DNA of 64,000 nt from Peptococcia bacterium (GTDB lineage Bacteria; Bacillota; Peptococcia; DRI-13; DTU073): positions 36 to 64,035 of the forward strand of contig JBMNJJ010000009.1 of NCBI GenBank assembly GCA_050951605.1. Direction: 5' to 3'. The notes under the pieces were generated by a model. That model worked only from the letters and a program-made list of their open reading frames with translations. It was not told where the DNA came from and did no database searches. The stretch's first letter is position 1. Every line of letters starts with the position of its first letter. Below are positions 50,322 through 62,839 of this stretch, one piece after another. A program made the position numbers and the translations under genes.

Positions 50322-50963
50322 CTAGTCGACAACGGTCATAATTTCTTCCAAAGGTTTGCGGGGAGGGCTTGTTAGTTCGGATTCCCAAGGTACTCCCAGT
50401 GGAGTAACAGCTGCTAAATAGTAGCCTTCTTTTTCAAAGCCGACCAAATCACTTAATTCTTGTGCGGCAAAGTTTGGGACTAGTCATCCAGCAGGTTCCA
50501 TAGCCCATATTAGCAGCGGCCAGCAAGAAGATTTTCTATCGCCGCACCGATGTTTTGGATGCCCGGAGCCGGTTTGAGTAGTTGATTTATTTCTTCTTCC
50601 GGAGCACCTGATTGTGGTTAATATTTTCTCTCCTGTAATCGGATATGGTCCGGCATAGATTAATATAGTCACGGGAGCATTTTTAAATAAGGTTGTATAG
50701 TCCAAAGACCTTAGGAATCTTTTCTTTAGTGCATCTTCTTTCAGAGATTCTGCTATTTTATAGGCTTTTTTTTCAATGAGGGCCGCCATTTGCTCAATTT
50801 TTTCTTTGTTTCTGACCACAACAAAGTGCCAGTTTTGTAGATTCTTGCCTGAAGGGGCATAGGTAGCAGCTTTAATTATTTCTTTAATGTCTTCTAAAGG
50901 AACAGCTTGCTCTTTAAATTTTCTCACACTATGTCTTTTGTAGATAAAATCAAGTTCACTCAT
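50322..50963 (-). CDS. Nitroreductase family protein, several frameshifts
   Basis: KRHSVRKF, APSGKN.Q.W; LAA..MGYGTCWMT and PPRKPLEE in other frames. Confidence 0.85.
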
Positions 50964-51024
50964 TTTTTTCCTCCTTATAATGTTCTTTATGTTCTAAGGA
51001 TAATATAGATAAGCGAATTTGTCA

Positions 51025-51407
51025 TTTATTTCTTGCCGTACTTTCTTAAAATATATTCCTGAAATTCTTGCAGACTGCGGCGGGCTTCTTCGGGTAATTC
51101 TTGCGTGGGGTCATCACTGCGATGAGCAGCCAAAACTTCTTTATATCTCTTCCGGACAGTCACGTTCTAAGTCTAAAAAATTATTAAGGTCATAAGTTTC
51201 CTCCGGGGCAATACGTCCCAAAAGCCAATCAACCGAACAATCTAAAAGGTCGGCTAATTTTTTCAGCATAGTTGGGTCGGGGTTTCTATCGCCTGTTTCG
51301 TAAAGAGCGATAGTGCTGGGGGAGATGTTTAACATTTTAGCTAATTGTCTTTGTGTCCATCCTCTGTGTTTACGAATTATTTTTAATCTTTTGGGTAAGA
51401 CATTCAT
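51025..51407 (-). CDS. XRE/CI-like repressor (ImmR-like), frameshift near 51145
   Basis: RL...R...G.TQ.QLA......STIA.YETG.R.PD, SVDWLLGR; C-terminus HRSDDP..ELPEEA..SL.EF in another frame. Confidence 0.85.
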
Positions 51408-51502
51408 TTTTAAGCGACACCACCTTATAGCTTTATGATACTACTATATGTAAGCAAAAATAAGTTATACTTACATATTGATAACTTTTTTAGGAAAAAG
51501 CC

Positions 51503-51561
51503 TTGACATGCTTGCATATCGCAAGTATAATTATATTGAAAAACTGCTGACAATTTGCAAG
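51503..51561 (+). promoter_or_regulatory. Consensus sigma-A promoter with operator palindrome in the spacer
   Basis: TTGACA-N17-TATAAT (51503-51531) containing CTTGC-N5-GCAAG (51511-51525); variant CTGAC-N5-GCAAG at 51547-51561. Confidence 0.85.
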
Positions 51562-51577
51562 CACGGGAGGTGAGCTT

Positions 51578-51853
51578 ATGAAGCAGACACTTGCCGAAAT
51601 TAGGAATAAAAAAGGTCTTACGCAAAGAGCTTTGGCAGCCAAGGCTAAGCAATATTGAGAAAGATATTAATTTTTCGCCGGCTGCGATAGCTTTATATGA
51701 ATTAGGTCTTCGTACACCTAGCTTGCAAAAGGCAAAGCTAATTGCCCGTTATTTTGGAGTACCTGTCGAGGATATTATTTTTGGTCCTTCCGCTTGCGAA
51801 ATGCAAGAAGGAGCAGCAAAGAAACAGCCCCATCTGAGGCTGTGAATCAATAA
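51578..51853 (+). CDS. Cro-like XRE HTH protein 1 (frameshifted)
   Basis: MKQTLAEIRNKKGLTQRALA + AIALYELGLRTPSL..A..IA.YFGV.VEDI; GGAGGTGA RBS. Confidence 0.8.
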
Positions 51854-51912
51854 GGTTATGAGGTTAAAAAGGTGACCTCGTTTTTGCTTTTTTTAAAAGG
51901 AGGTAGAAGCAC

Positions 51913-52179
51913 ATGCGTAGACACCGTTTGATAGAAGCTCGTAAAAGTCGTGACTGGACACAAGTAGATGTTGCCCAAAAATTAAAAATTACTGCCGGTT
52001 TTTACGGCATGCTGGAACAGGGCAGTAGGAATCCGAGGCTTCCTTTAGCTTTTAGCCTGGAAAGATTGTTCGGGATCCCGGTAGCAGAGTTGTTTCCCGA
52101 CTTATTTTACGCTCAAAAAGTAAGCGAAACGTTTGCTGATGAAGAGCAAACATCTATCTCTGAAGCTGTGAACCAATAA
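51913..52179 (+). CDS. Cro-like XRE HTH protein 2
   Basis: L...R....TQ..VA.......Y..LE.G.RNP. Confidence 0.88.
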   Translation: MRRHRLIEARKSRDWTQVDVAQKLKITAGFYGMLEQGSRNPRLPLAFSLERLFGIPVAELFPDLFYAQKVSETFADEEQTSISEAVNQ

Positions 52180-52188
52180 GGGAAGGGG

Positions 52189-52522
52189 ATGATGTAATAT
52201 CGAAAATATTTCTATTCGCTTAAAAAAACTACGTGATAAAAATTATCTGTCCCAAAAAGAGTTCGCTGAAATTATAGGTTTTTCGCAAGGTAATGTTGCT
52301 GATTGGGAGAGGGGGCGTTCTCTGCCCAGTACCAAAGCAATTATTGCGATTGTGAATCAATTTAATATTTCTGCTGATTGGCTACTCTTAGGAAAAGATA
52401 ATTCTTCTCCGTTCCCTTTATTAAAAAAAATGAACTCCAAAGAAATAGCTTTATTAAATATTTATAGTGAATTCTTACTTTTTCAACGTTCCTTTAGACA
52501 ACACGGAAAGGAGGGGGCATAG
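52189..52522 (+). CDS. XRE HTH protein 3 (start codon region disrupted; absent from ORF track)
   Basis: Open frame IRLKKLRDKNYLSQKEFAEIIGFSQGNVADWERGRSLP..SADWLLLG. Confidence 0.75.
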
Positions 52523-52602
52523 TGGAGAGAAAAAAGCTTACAGCCTTTGCGGTGTTGGTGAAAAAAGGAGTGCCAAAAAGAGCGTAAAAAGAAGAGGGGG
52601 TT

Positions 52603-55600
52603 ATGCAATTGAGTAAAGAGATGACGAGGTTCGGAAAATGGGCATCTTTATGTTTACTATTTATTTTTACTTGTGTGTTAATACCGTTAACGGCAGAGGC
52701 CGTGACGATTGCACAAGCACAGGAGGCAGGGAAAAGGCTGTCTGCCGGCTTGAATCATTCGCTAGCTATAAAAATTGATGATACCGTTATAGCCTGGGGT
52801 GACAATACTTATGGTCAATTAAATATTCCGGAAGGTTTAAGTAATGTTAAGGTGATTTCCGCTGGCTATTATCATAACCTTGCTTTAAAAGCCGACGGTT
52901 CTGTGGTGGCCTGGGGACGTGATAATTATGGGCAAAGTACAGTTCCTGTAGAAGCTCAAAGTGGGGTTATTGCCATTGCTGCAGGTGGCTATCACTCTTT
53001 AGCTTTAAAGGAAGATGGAACTGTTGTAGCGTGGGGAAATGATGAAAATGGACAATGTACTGTTTCGGCAGAAGCCCAAAGTGGGGTTATTGCCATTGCT
53101 GCAGGTGGTACTCACTCTTTAGCTTTAAAAGAAGATGGAACTGTTGTAGCGTGGGGAAATAATGACCGTAAACAGTGTAATGTTCCTACAGGTTTAACTG
53201 ATGTTATTGCTATCTCTGCCGGTAATGCTCATTCTTTAGCTTTAAAAGCAGATGGTACAGTGGAGGCTTGGGGAGCAAATACAATGTGGCAATGTGAAGT
53301 TCCGGTAGATATAGGTTATGTTGTAGCTATTTCTGCAGGTTATGACTTTTCAGCGACGTTAAACAGTAATGGACTGACAAAAACTTGGGGAAATATAGAT
53401 GAAATCCTACCTGTCACAAGTGTAGCTTTTGCTGCTGGAGGTTCTCATGTTTTAATGTCATATTATGGGTCTGGCACCATTTATGGATATGGAAATAATG
53501 ATTTTGGGCAATGTACTGCTCCTGATGGATTTAGTCTGCTTGGTTATTTAGCTGATCTTACTGTAAGTGAGGGGGAATTAATCCCTGCTTTTGCTCCTTA
53601 TGAGAAGCGTTATAATGTATATGTAGATAATAGCATTACTAGTATTGACATTACTGCTACTTTAGAACATGTTAATCAAATGTTTCGCGAAAGTTATGTT
53701 TCAAGTGGTATCCCTAGGACTTATTCTTTAAATGTTGGTGAAAATGAGTTTTCTTTCTGTCCATGTCTTCGCACGGTGGGTCAGGATTTCCGTAATGTAT
53801 ACTCTGTATATGTACATCGGGCTACTTCAGATGTTGATTTAAAGGAGCTGAATACAACAAATATAGCGCCACTTTCTCCGATCTTCAACGTTAATGTTAC
53901 CACATATACAGTTAATGTTGATAAAGATGTAAAGAGTATTGACATTACCGCTACAGCTGTTGACCCCGAAGCTACTATCTTTATTGGTGAAGATACTTTT
54001 GGAATAGGGACCCAAATGGCAAGCATCCCCCTTGAATATGGTGAAAATTCTGTAGATATCATTGTCGAGAAAGACGGGAAGACCAAAACCTATACCTTAC
54101 AAATTAAGAAAGCAGGTTTTTTGGAGAACCTTTTCGTAAGTGAGGGAGAGTTCACCTCGAATTTTGACCCGGAAAATTTTGGTTATACGGTTAGTGTAAA
54201 TAGTAATGTAAACTCCTTGGAGATTACTCCTACCTTAAAAGATTCTACGCATGAATTATGGATAGATGGCGTAAAATGTATAAAAAAAACAATAGATTTT
54301 TTGGAAGAGGATTTCCAAACTATTAAAATAGATTTAAAAATACCCGATACAGAGATTGTTCGTACTTATACTGTCAATGCAAATCGCGTTACAAAAGATG
54401 ACTTTGTAGGTTCCGGAACGTTTGAAGACCCTTATCTTATTTATAATCTCCATACTTTACAAGAAATAGCTTATGATTCTACTCTTCTAGATAAACATTT
54501 TCAATTAGCTTGTGACCTTGATGCTACTAATACAGTTAATTGGAATGCTGGGGCAGGATTTTTACCAATTGGTGATTCGATGAACAAATTTACGGGTTAC
54601 TTTGATGGGGCAGGACACACCATTACCGGTTTATATATTAATCGGGCGGAAAGGGATAACATTGGTCTTTTTGGTTGTACAGAAGGCGGGGAAATCAAAA
54701 ACCTTGGTCTGGTAGATTGTACCATTACCGGAAGCAACAATGTAGGAGCATTAGTGGGACATAATCAAAATACCTATTTAGAAAACTGCTTTAGTACAGG
54801 AAATGTTTATGGTACTTCTTCTGTAGGTGGCTTAGTTGGCTTTGGTTCCGGGTCTTATGCAGGCAATTATTATTTTAATAATTGCTATTCTTGGGTATCT
54901 GTGACCGGGGATAGTGAAGTCGGTGGTTTAATCGGAGAATTAGGCAATGGTTGGTTAAATAATTGTTATGCTTCCGGTTCGGTCTTCGGTATGGAAAACA
55001 AGGGTGGGCTGGTAGGTTCTTTAGTTACAGCTTATTGTCGGCACACAAATTGTTTTTGGGATACAGAAGAAAGTGGACAGGTAGGTTCAGCCCTAGGTAT
55101 TGGAAAAACTACTGCTGAAATGCAGGATAAGGAAACTTATGGCGAATGGGATTTTGATAGTATATGGGACCTTGATTCTGGAATAAATGAAGATTATCCT
55201 TACCTACGTATCTTTAAAGATACTTTTAGCCCCATTATTGATGATTCTTTACTTCTTTGGTTAGATGGGCGACATGGTTCCAATGATACCTCCGAGAGAA
55301 CTATCTGGAGAGACATTTCCGGAAATGCTAATCATGGTACATTAACAAGATTTGATTTTAATGAAAACAGTGGCTGGATTGGGGAAAGTTTGTTTTTCGA
55401 TGGAGTAAATGATTATGTTAACTGTGGCACCAAGATGAATAATAAATTAATGAATGCCGTGACGGTCGAAGCACTTGTAAAAATAAAAAGTTATGATATT
55501 CAAAATTGGGTAGAATCATTTTTGGCATGGGGGAACCAAGCATCACGCACTGTAATATGGTTGGGGTATCGGGTACTTAGTCATTATACTTTTGAAGTAG

Positions 55601-58138
55601 GTAATGAAGTAGTTCGCCGCATCTATATATTTCCATGACCAAGATTTATTGGAGCAAGTAATTCATATTGTAGGAACATATGAAGATGGTACGTTAAAGT
55701 TATTTAAAAATGGGGATTTAATTAATCAGGTGCAAACTACGAACCTAAGGCGTATTTCTGTAAGAGAAGATAGTTGTTTATTAGGCATATATCGTGGTAA
55801 TGGTCATACTTTTCATGGTGATTATTACACAGCTCGTGTTTATAACCGTGCCCTTACTGATGAAGAAGTAGCCCAAAATTATCAGGCTGAAGTGCCACGG
55901 ATAAAAGCGGCGACTGCAGGAAATTTAGCTGAATTAACTATTTCCTCCGGCGTGTTGCAACCTGCTTTTAAGGCCTCTAAGCTTAACTATGTCGTAATTT
56001 TGAGAGAGCGGGAACTAAACGAAGTTATAATTACTGCTACGCCTGTTTCTGCTGATGCGAGGGTTACTATAGATGGATTTGGTGGTCAGGTGGTAGGCAC
56101 CCAGTCTCTTCCGGTCGATGTTTTTACGGATCTAAAGAAGTACCTATTGTGGTTAAAGAGGCAGATGGTAGCACTAAGACTTACAAAATTAGAATAGTAA
56201 AAGCGAGCTACCTTAGTGACTTAACCTTAAATGGTAATCCATTACCAAATTTTGACCCGGAAACTTTGGAATATACGGTCGATGTGCTTTACGATACAGC
56301 TTTTGCGAATATTGTGGCGACCTTAGATTTGGAGGACTCTCCAATGCAAGAATTGCTGATTAATAATCAGCCACATACTAGTGGTACTGCGATGCAAATT
56401 CCTCTTGATGTTGGAAAAAATAATACTATTCCTATCAAGATAAAAGTACCTGGTTGTGAGACTGACTATACCTTAAATATCTATCGGGCTTCTAAGGTTG
56501 ATTTGAAAAAACTGGAGATGCCTGGAACTTTAGTACCTGAATTTACCCCTGCTAATATAGGTCCTTATACTATAAATTTAGATAGAGACCCAACCCCGGA
56601 TCAGATTAGGATTACGGCGACAGCTTTTGAAAGTGATGCTACTGTAAGCATCGAGGGTGCAAGTGATGCGGGGGGATTAACGGATCATATGGTAGACTTA
56701 GTGTCCGGTAAAAATGAGATTGAGATCAAAGTTACGAAGGATGGTTTGGAAAAAATATATACCCTTAATGTATTTAGACCGCTAACCTTAAGTGATATAA
56801 AGGTTAAGCAGGGTGAGGAAGAGTTAGAATTAAGCCCTAGTTTTAATAAAGATGAATTGGAATATCGTGTTGAAGTAGATGATAATGTACTATCTCTTGA
56901 AGTCTCTGCCGAGGCAATATTCGATGTGGATGTTTATATCAATGGCGTGAAGACTCGGAAAAAAACTATATCCGATCTTACCGTTGGTACCAACGTTATT
57001 CTTATTGACGCCAAAATGTCTGACATGAGTACGACTACCTATAAGCTTTTGGTAACCCGTGGAACGAGTACTGTTACTTTAGATGATTTAAAAATTAAAC
57101 ACAAGGATAGTGAGATTGGGACATGGAATGAGCCTTTTCTTGCCCCTGGGAATGAGGCTTATACGGTAACTTTGGCTAAGGCTATGGATAGTATAGACAT
57201 TATGGTAGTACCTACTGATCCAGAAGCAAAAGTCATTGTAGCACAGTCGGGTAGCCAAGACTTCTTAACATTGTGGCCTCTTGAGGAGCGAGTGCCTGTG
57301 CCTGTGCGGTCGGGTGAAAAACGTTATCCCGATTACGGTAAAGGGTGTAGATGGGGTGACGGCAAATACATATACTCTCAATGTGATTAGACCCGGTGGT
57401 TTGGAAACTCTTGAAATAGAGAATGACACCATGGAGTCTGAGTATGCAAAAGATGTCAATGATTATAGTGTAAAAAGCAATGTCTTTTTAGTAAAAGTTA
57501 CGCCAACGTTAGAAGACCTTGCTACACAAGAGCTTTACCTCAATATCAATAATAGTGAAACTGATACAAAATGTGTAAGTGGAGAAACACAGGTGCTGGA
57601 GTTAAATAAGGGAATAAATACGGTAGCGATAAAAGTAAAGACACCCTCGAATAATCTTGTTAATACATATACCCTCAATGTAAACGTAGTTCCTTTAGTA
57701 GAAGAAATAGGAATGGGTGATATTGATGGTACGGGTTTACGGGAAGTACAGAGTGTTTTTGGGGCACAAGTTCTAAGCAGGTTGAACTTTAATTTAAGTC
57801 AAAGGGTTAATACCGGGTTAAAAGTAAAATTCAATTTACCGGAAGCTTTGGGAATACAACAAGTCATAGGTCTTTACAATGCGACGACAGGAGAAGTTGT
57901 AACTACCAATATTGAGATAAGTAAAGATGTTCCTGAAGGGGTAGTAGCTGGTAATAACGTCATCACGATTAATAGTTCACTTGACCCTGGTGCTTATGAA
58001 GTGAAGTTTATTTTAACTAATGACCCTATAAAATTAAAGGTTGAATTAGATTCCTTTAGTGAAGTCGGTGGAAATACGTTTGAATGTACAAGTGATCCTT
58101 TAGAAATAGAATATGTTGATTTTCCTGAACTGTTGTAG
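52603..58138 (+). CDS. Giant secreted surface protein (RCC1 repeats, cadherin-like beta-sandwich repeats, GLUG repeats, LamG), split by three frameshifts
   Basis: AG..HSLALK.DG.V.AWG repeats; L..L.....L.P.F.....Y.V.V repeats; GSGT..DPY.I, VGGLVG; LamG H.VGTY..YNRALT..EV; four abutting or overlapping ORFs. Confidence 0.85.
52950..53160 (+). repeat. Near-identical RCC1 repeat units, 120-bp period
   Basis: agaagctcaaagtggggttattgcc...gcgtggggaaat at 52950-53040 and 53070-53160. Confidence 0.9.
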
Positions 58139-58151
58139 TAGAGAAAGTAAG

Positions 58152-58185
58152 AAAGGGGATTGCCGGAAGGCAGTCCCTTTTTTTA
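58152..58185 (+). terminator. Intrinsic terminator
   Basis: aaggggattgcc-ggaa-ggcagtcccttt followed by T run. Confidence 0.85.
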
Positions 58186-58219
58186 TACCATAAAGTTAAA
58201 AAAAGGTAAAATAAATACC

Positions 58220-59723
58220 AAAATATGATATAATTTGTAAACAATGATAAATAATGTTTGGAGTTGATGTTCGTTGCGTGAGCTGTTGAGGGCTACATCT
58301 AGTTTTTTAAGGAACGGGAGAAGAAACTGCTTACGGGAAATAAGTAAGTACTGCCAAATTACAGGGTGGGATGCGACACTGGAGTCTGCTAGTACGTGGG
58401 CCAGGGAAGGTGGTGGCGAAGACCCGGATTTATTTTTGATTAATAGTACTGTTTATCTTTCTCATGCTGGGTCAACAAAAAAGTGCTAAAACGAAAGAGT
58501 TCTTGCGGATGTTGTTGACGATCAAGGAAGAGCGGCACAAGAGTCAGATCGTTTTATTATTACCGGAAAAGATGATTGTTGAGCGTGATTTGCTAGCTCA
58601 ATCTTATCAAGATGCAGGTGTATAACTTTTGGTTTTTAGATAGTTTTGCGGCAGAAGATGTGCAAGAGTTTGTTTTAACGCGCAGAACTTTAGCGCGATG
58701 TGGAAAAGTATTTACTGGTAAAGAGAGAGAGAATTACATCATTTAAAAGGGAGCAATAATTTCATACCCCGTGAGGGAGAAAAGCTTTTTCAGCCTTACC
58801 ATGTTAAATCAAATATTCTCACCTTTTGGTCGGAAAATAATACGGCACTTAATTGTGGTCTGGCTTTGCTGACAGCCTTAAATTTAGCCGAGTGCGGTTT
58901 TCAAGTTGCGTTGGTGGAAACTGTTAGCTCTGTACCTTCTTTGGGCGGTTGTCTGGCGGTAAGTCATCCTTATTTTAATACGAGTCATGCTCTTTCTATG
59001 TATTTGCAGGGTAATAATGACTTTATCAAAAACTGCCTTAATCATGCCGAAAAACATCTGGCTAGCCCTTATGCTACGGAGGATTGTCAACATTTACGTT
59101 ATTTTCCAACAGGGTTTTATTTTTTACCTGATAGCAAAAGGGAGGATAATGCTACAGAGAGGGAGATGAAGGAAGTTTGGCGTGCATTTATGATGGCTCT
59201 TTCACGTTTTATTATTTTTGAACAAGGTTTTCATTTTCTTATTTTTCTGGCTTCAGGCAGGAATTTTTTTAATCAGGTAGTTTTAGAGGAATTTACTTAT
59301 CTAAAATTTATCACGGTGGACATGCTTCCCTCGAGTGTTTTGTATGGTCTTAGAGAGAGGAAAAAAGAACAGGGAAGAGTACAGATTATCGGAGCCAATA
59401 ATTTGAAAAGTATTAATCAAGAGCTTAAAGGGCTTAGGGAGGAGCCTTTTCTTTATCCTCCGCAGACTTTTATAGCAGACTTTTTGCAGTATGTATATAC
59501 TCAAGACTATCGGAAAATAACGCGTGAGACACAGGTGTTTATTAATCGTCTGATGGAGATAAGTGGAGTTAAAGTGCCTACTTTAGACATTGAGAAAAAA
59601 GGTTTAGGGGAAAGATTGCGGGATTATAAAAAAGCTTTATTCGGAGATTTTTTATAATAAAATGTAAAATAAGCTAGAATAAACCAAAAAATATGATATA
59701 ATTTATAAACTATGATAAATAAT
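58220..59723 (+). promoter_or_regulatory. Duplicated 36-bp promoter element (58220-58255 and 59688-59723)
   Basis: aaaatatgatataattt[g/a]taaac[a/t]atgataaataat, 34/36 identical, contains extended -10 TGaTATAAT. Confidence 0.8.
58268..59657 (+). CDS. Degenerate receiver + MinD/ParA-like (CpaE/TadZ-like) protein, multiple frameshifts
   Basis: Position at start of Tad operon; ALNLAECGFQVALVE resembles the post-Walker-A segment; weak. Confidence 0.45.
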
Positions 59724-59800
59724 TCCATTTTACCAATAAATATTAATTTACAGATAATGAGATAGAAAAAGGCGTGGTAGAAGTAAGGGGGAAAGGCAAA

Positions 59801-60539
59801 GTGCTGTTAAGGAGAAGAAAGAGAGTGTCTGCTCAGCTTTTAAATATCCCGCCCCAAGTAATTGCGCTCTGGGGACCGGGAGGTAATAATACGGCTCAAT
59901 TCAGTTTAGAATCTAGCTCAAGAATTAGCTAAACATACTTATGTACTGCTTGCGGAATTGCCTTGTCTCAGCATACCTCGTCTTAGCTTTAGCGCTAATA
60001 TATTAGATAGAAATAATCATATTGAGGCTGCTTTAACTGAATTTTGGTATAAGGGACAGCTTTCCTTAGATTACCTTTATAAGCTGGGAGAGAATTTAGC
60101 CTTATTACCAATATGTGCTTTTGCTAATCCGGATAATCCTCTTACGGCGAGAGTGGAATTGGATGTCTTAAAAAAATTTCCTATTCATCTGATTAATAGT
60201 GCTCGGCAGAAAGGCTATGGGGTGGTCATAGTCATTTGCCAAGGACAGCTTACTCATCCGATGACATTTTTCACCTTGAAATGTGCGGAGAGGATTGTAA
60301 TGCCGGTAAATGAGCCAAGTACGATTGCTTATAGTTTGCTTAATATTAAGAAATTAGTACATACGTTTAAGTTTCCTCCGGAGAAATTTATGGTTGTGGC
60401 ACCTCAATATATCGAAACAATTAGTGAAGTGATGTGGATTAAGGATGAAAGGCAAAAAGTTATGCCCATAAAAGTATCACTGGAGCGTGTTGAAGAAATT
60501 GTAAGTGGTTTTATTAGGGAGGCTAATGAAGCTATGTGA
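59801..60539 (+). CDS. Second MinD/ParA-like (CpaE-like) protein, frameshifted
   Basis: QVIALWGPGG, LAQELAK...VLLAELPC..IPRL. Confidence 0.5.
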
Positions 60540-60574
60540 ACAATTAGAGACAAGAAAGAAGGTGAGTTATTGAC

Positions 60575-61940
60575 GTGGTTAAAACTTTTAATCCTTTAGA
60601 GTATGTTGCTCTTCAACAAACAAAGATTGTGCAGGAGGTAAATGTTTCGGCGACAGATCAGCTTGATAATATTACGAAGAAGGTGAGAGCTTATCTCCGG
60701 GATAGGCACCGAGAGTCTTTTGCCCGTTCGGTTATTGACCCTAAAACGAGGGAAGAATTGAAGACGGGTAATTAGTGACTATATTCATCAATTACCTAAT
60801 TTACGTATTTCTACGCAGGAAAAAGAAAGTTTAATTAGGGCTATACAACAAGAAATTCTTTATTTTGGGTCCGATTCAAAAAGCTTTAGATGACCCGGCG
60901 GTTACAAATATTGATGTTAATACTCCTTATGATGTGTTTATTGAACGAGATGGGGAAGAAGAGTTTCGCCCTGATTTAGCTTTTCATGATGAAGTTCACT
61001 TGGAGAATATCATCAATAAAATGCTGATTCCCGATGGCAAATCTTTAACAGCGAAATGAACCACATATCGATAGTTTGTTTGATAATTACCGCGTTTGTG
61101 CTGTTTTAGGTGTGAAACAGGGGGGAATAGCTACCGAAAGTACTTGTGTTTCCATTAGAAAGTTTTCTGAAGAAACAATTTCACCCGAGGACTTAGTTAG
61201 ACTGGGAACGATGAGTCAGGAAATGGATGCTTTTTTTCGCGATGTTATTCCTGTGCCAATTGTATTATTGCTGGAGCAACTAATTCAGGAAAAACAACTA
61301 CCCTGATTTCTTTCCCCTTTATTTTGAAAAGAATACCAGAATTATTACGATTGAAGATAGCCCAGAGATGATGTTACGTCGGAAAAAAGCGTATCGTGAT
61401 TATCGCAATATTGTTTCTTTACAGACGAAACATCATGAAAATCCGGAAAAAAGATATGATATTGCTAAATTGACGAAAGTATCTTTAAGAATGCGCCCTT
61501 GGAAAATAATTGTGGGAGAAGTTAGAGATGGACAAGCTGCTCGGCAAACTCATGAAGCTATGAACACCGGGCATAATTGTTATGTTACACTTCATGCCAG
61601 TTCGGCGCGTAATGCGGCTACACGTATAGTGCAGTTAGCCGGTGATGGTTATAATGATGAGGCTATTGCGGCTCAACTTGCGGATACGGTCGATTTAATT
61701 ATTTTTCAGCAAAAAATAAAAAAGAGTCGGATTATTACGGAAGTAGTGGAGCTCATTGGTTATGAAGGAGCTAAACACCCTCTTTGTACGACCCTTTTTG
61801 AATTTGTCCAGACGGGAATAAGTGAGGACGATTATGTTTTAGGTTATCATCGCCGGGTTAATGGCATCTCTGAGGAACTAGCTAGTAAAATGCGTGTGAA
61901 TATGATTCCTAAGGAGAGAATCAGGAAATGGCAGTTGTAA
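60575..61940 (+). CDS. cpaF: Tad pilus assembly ATPase CpaF/TadA, multiple frameshifts
   Basis: GPI...LDDP.VT.I.VN, SIRKF, Walker A GATNSGKTT (~61270-61299), TIEDS.E, LRMRP..I.VGEVR, MNTGH, TLHA. Confidence 0.88.
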
Positions 61941-62827
61941 CTTTACCATTTTTAACGGGCTTGCTTTGTGCTTTGTGGTTTTTATTAGCCTATTTCTTGT
62001 TTAATTCACCTCGACAAAAGGGAAGTACCGGCTAAACTAAGGCTGAAACGGTTTTTTTATGAAACAATGCAAGTGGAAAAATTTCAAAATGAAGCTAAGG
62101 CGATTGGTTGGAAAATAACGAAGAGTGAATTTGTACTAATTGTTATCTTAAATGTTTTTCTGACTTTAGCTGTGGCAGTGGTAACACATAATCTCTTTAT
62201 TTTAATTACCGGTTTTGTGGTCGGAGTTTATTTACCTAGTTTTTTGATTGAAAAAAAGCGACAAAGTTTACGTTTTAATTTGATTAGTAAACTTGTTGAC
62301 CCTTTAAGATTATTGCTTTCCAGACTTCCTGAACAGCAGAATATTACGCGGGCCGTAGAAATGACTCGTGATGAAATTGTGGATAAGGAGATTAAGGAAA
62401 TATTCAATAGTTTTTTGCGTGATGTAGCTATTGGGGGAAGTGTAAGGGATGCTTTGTTTAATCTGAAAAAAAGAGTAAGTTTTCGTAAGTTTGACCTTTA
62501 TGTAGAGCATCTTTTATATGCTCATTATGAGGGATTTACTGTGGAAGCGATTAGTGCCTTAGATAAGGCGGTACAAGCCATTGAATTTGATTTACGGGCT
62601 ATACAAAAAGTTAAGGAACAGAGTCGCGAAAAAAGAAAAAGCTATATTTAGCCTTGGTCATAGCCTGGCTTTTCCCTATCATTCTTTCTTTTGTTAGTAC
62701 CGGGCATTCAAATATTTATTTACATACTTTTCCCGGTAAAATTGTAATTTTGGGTTATGTTTTAGGGTCAATTTTTGTTTATATCAAAGGGGAAGAATAT
62801 CTGAGTCTTAATCTTGATGAGCTTTAA
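61928..62827 (+). CDS. tadB: TadB-like membrane platform protein, frameshifted
   Basis: Follows cpaF; TM pair then T2SSF-like helical domain (G.S..DAL..L..R). Confidence 0.7.
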
Positions 62828-62839
62828 AGGAGAGGTTTT

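Noticed and set aside
51025-52522. Intact prophage
   Set aside because: No integrase, replication, packaging or structural genes nearby
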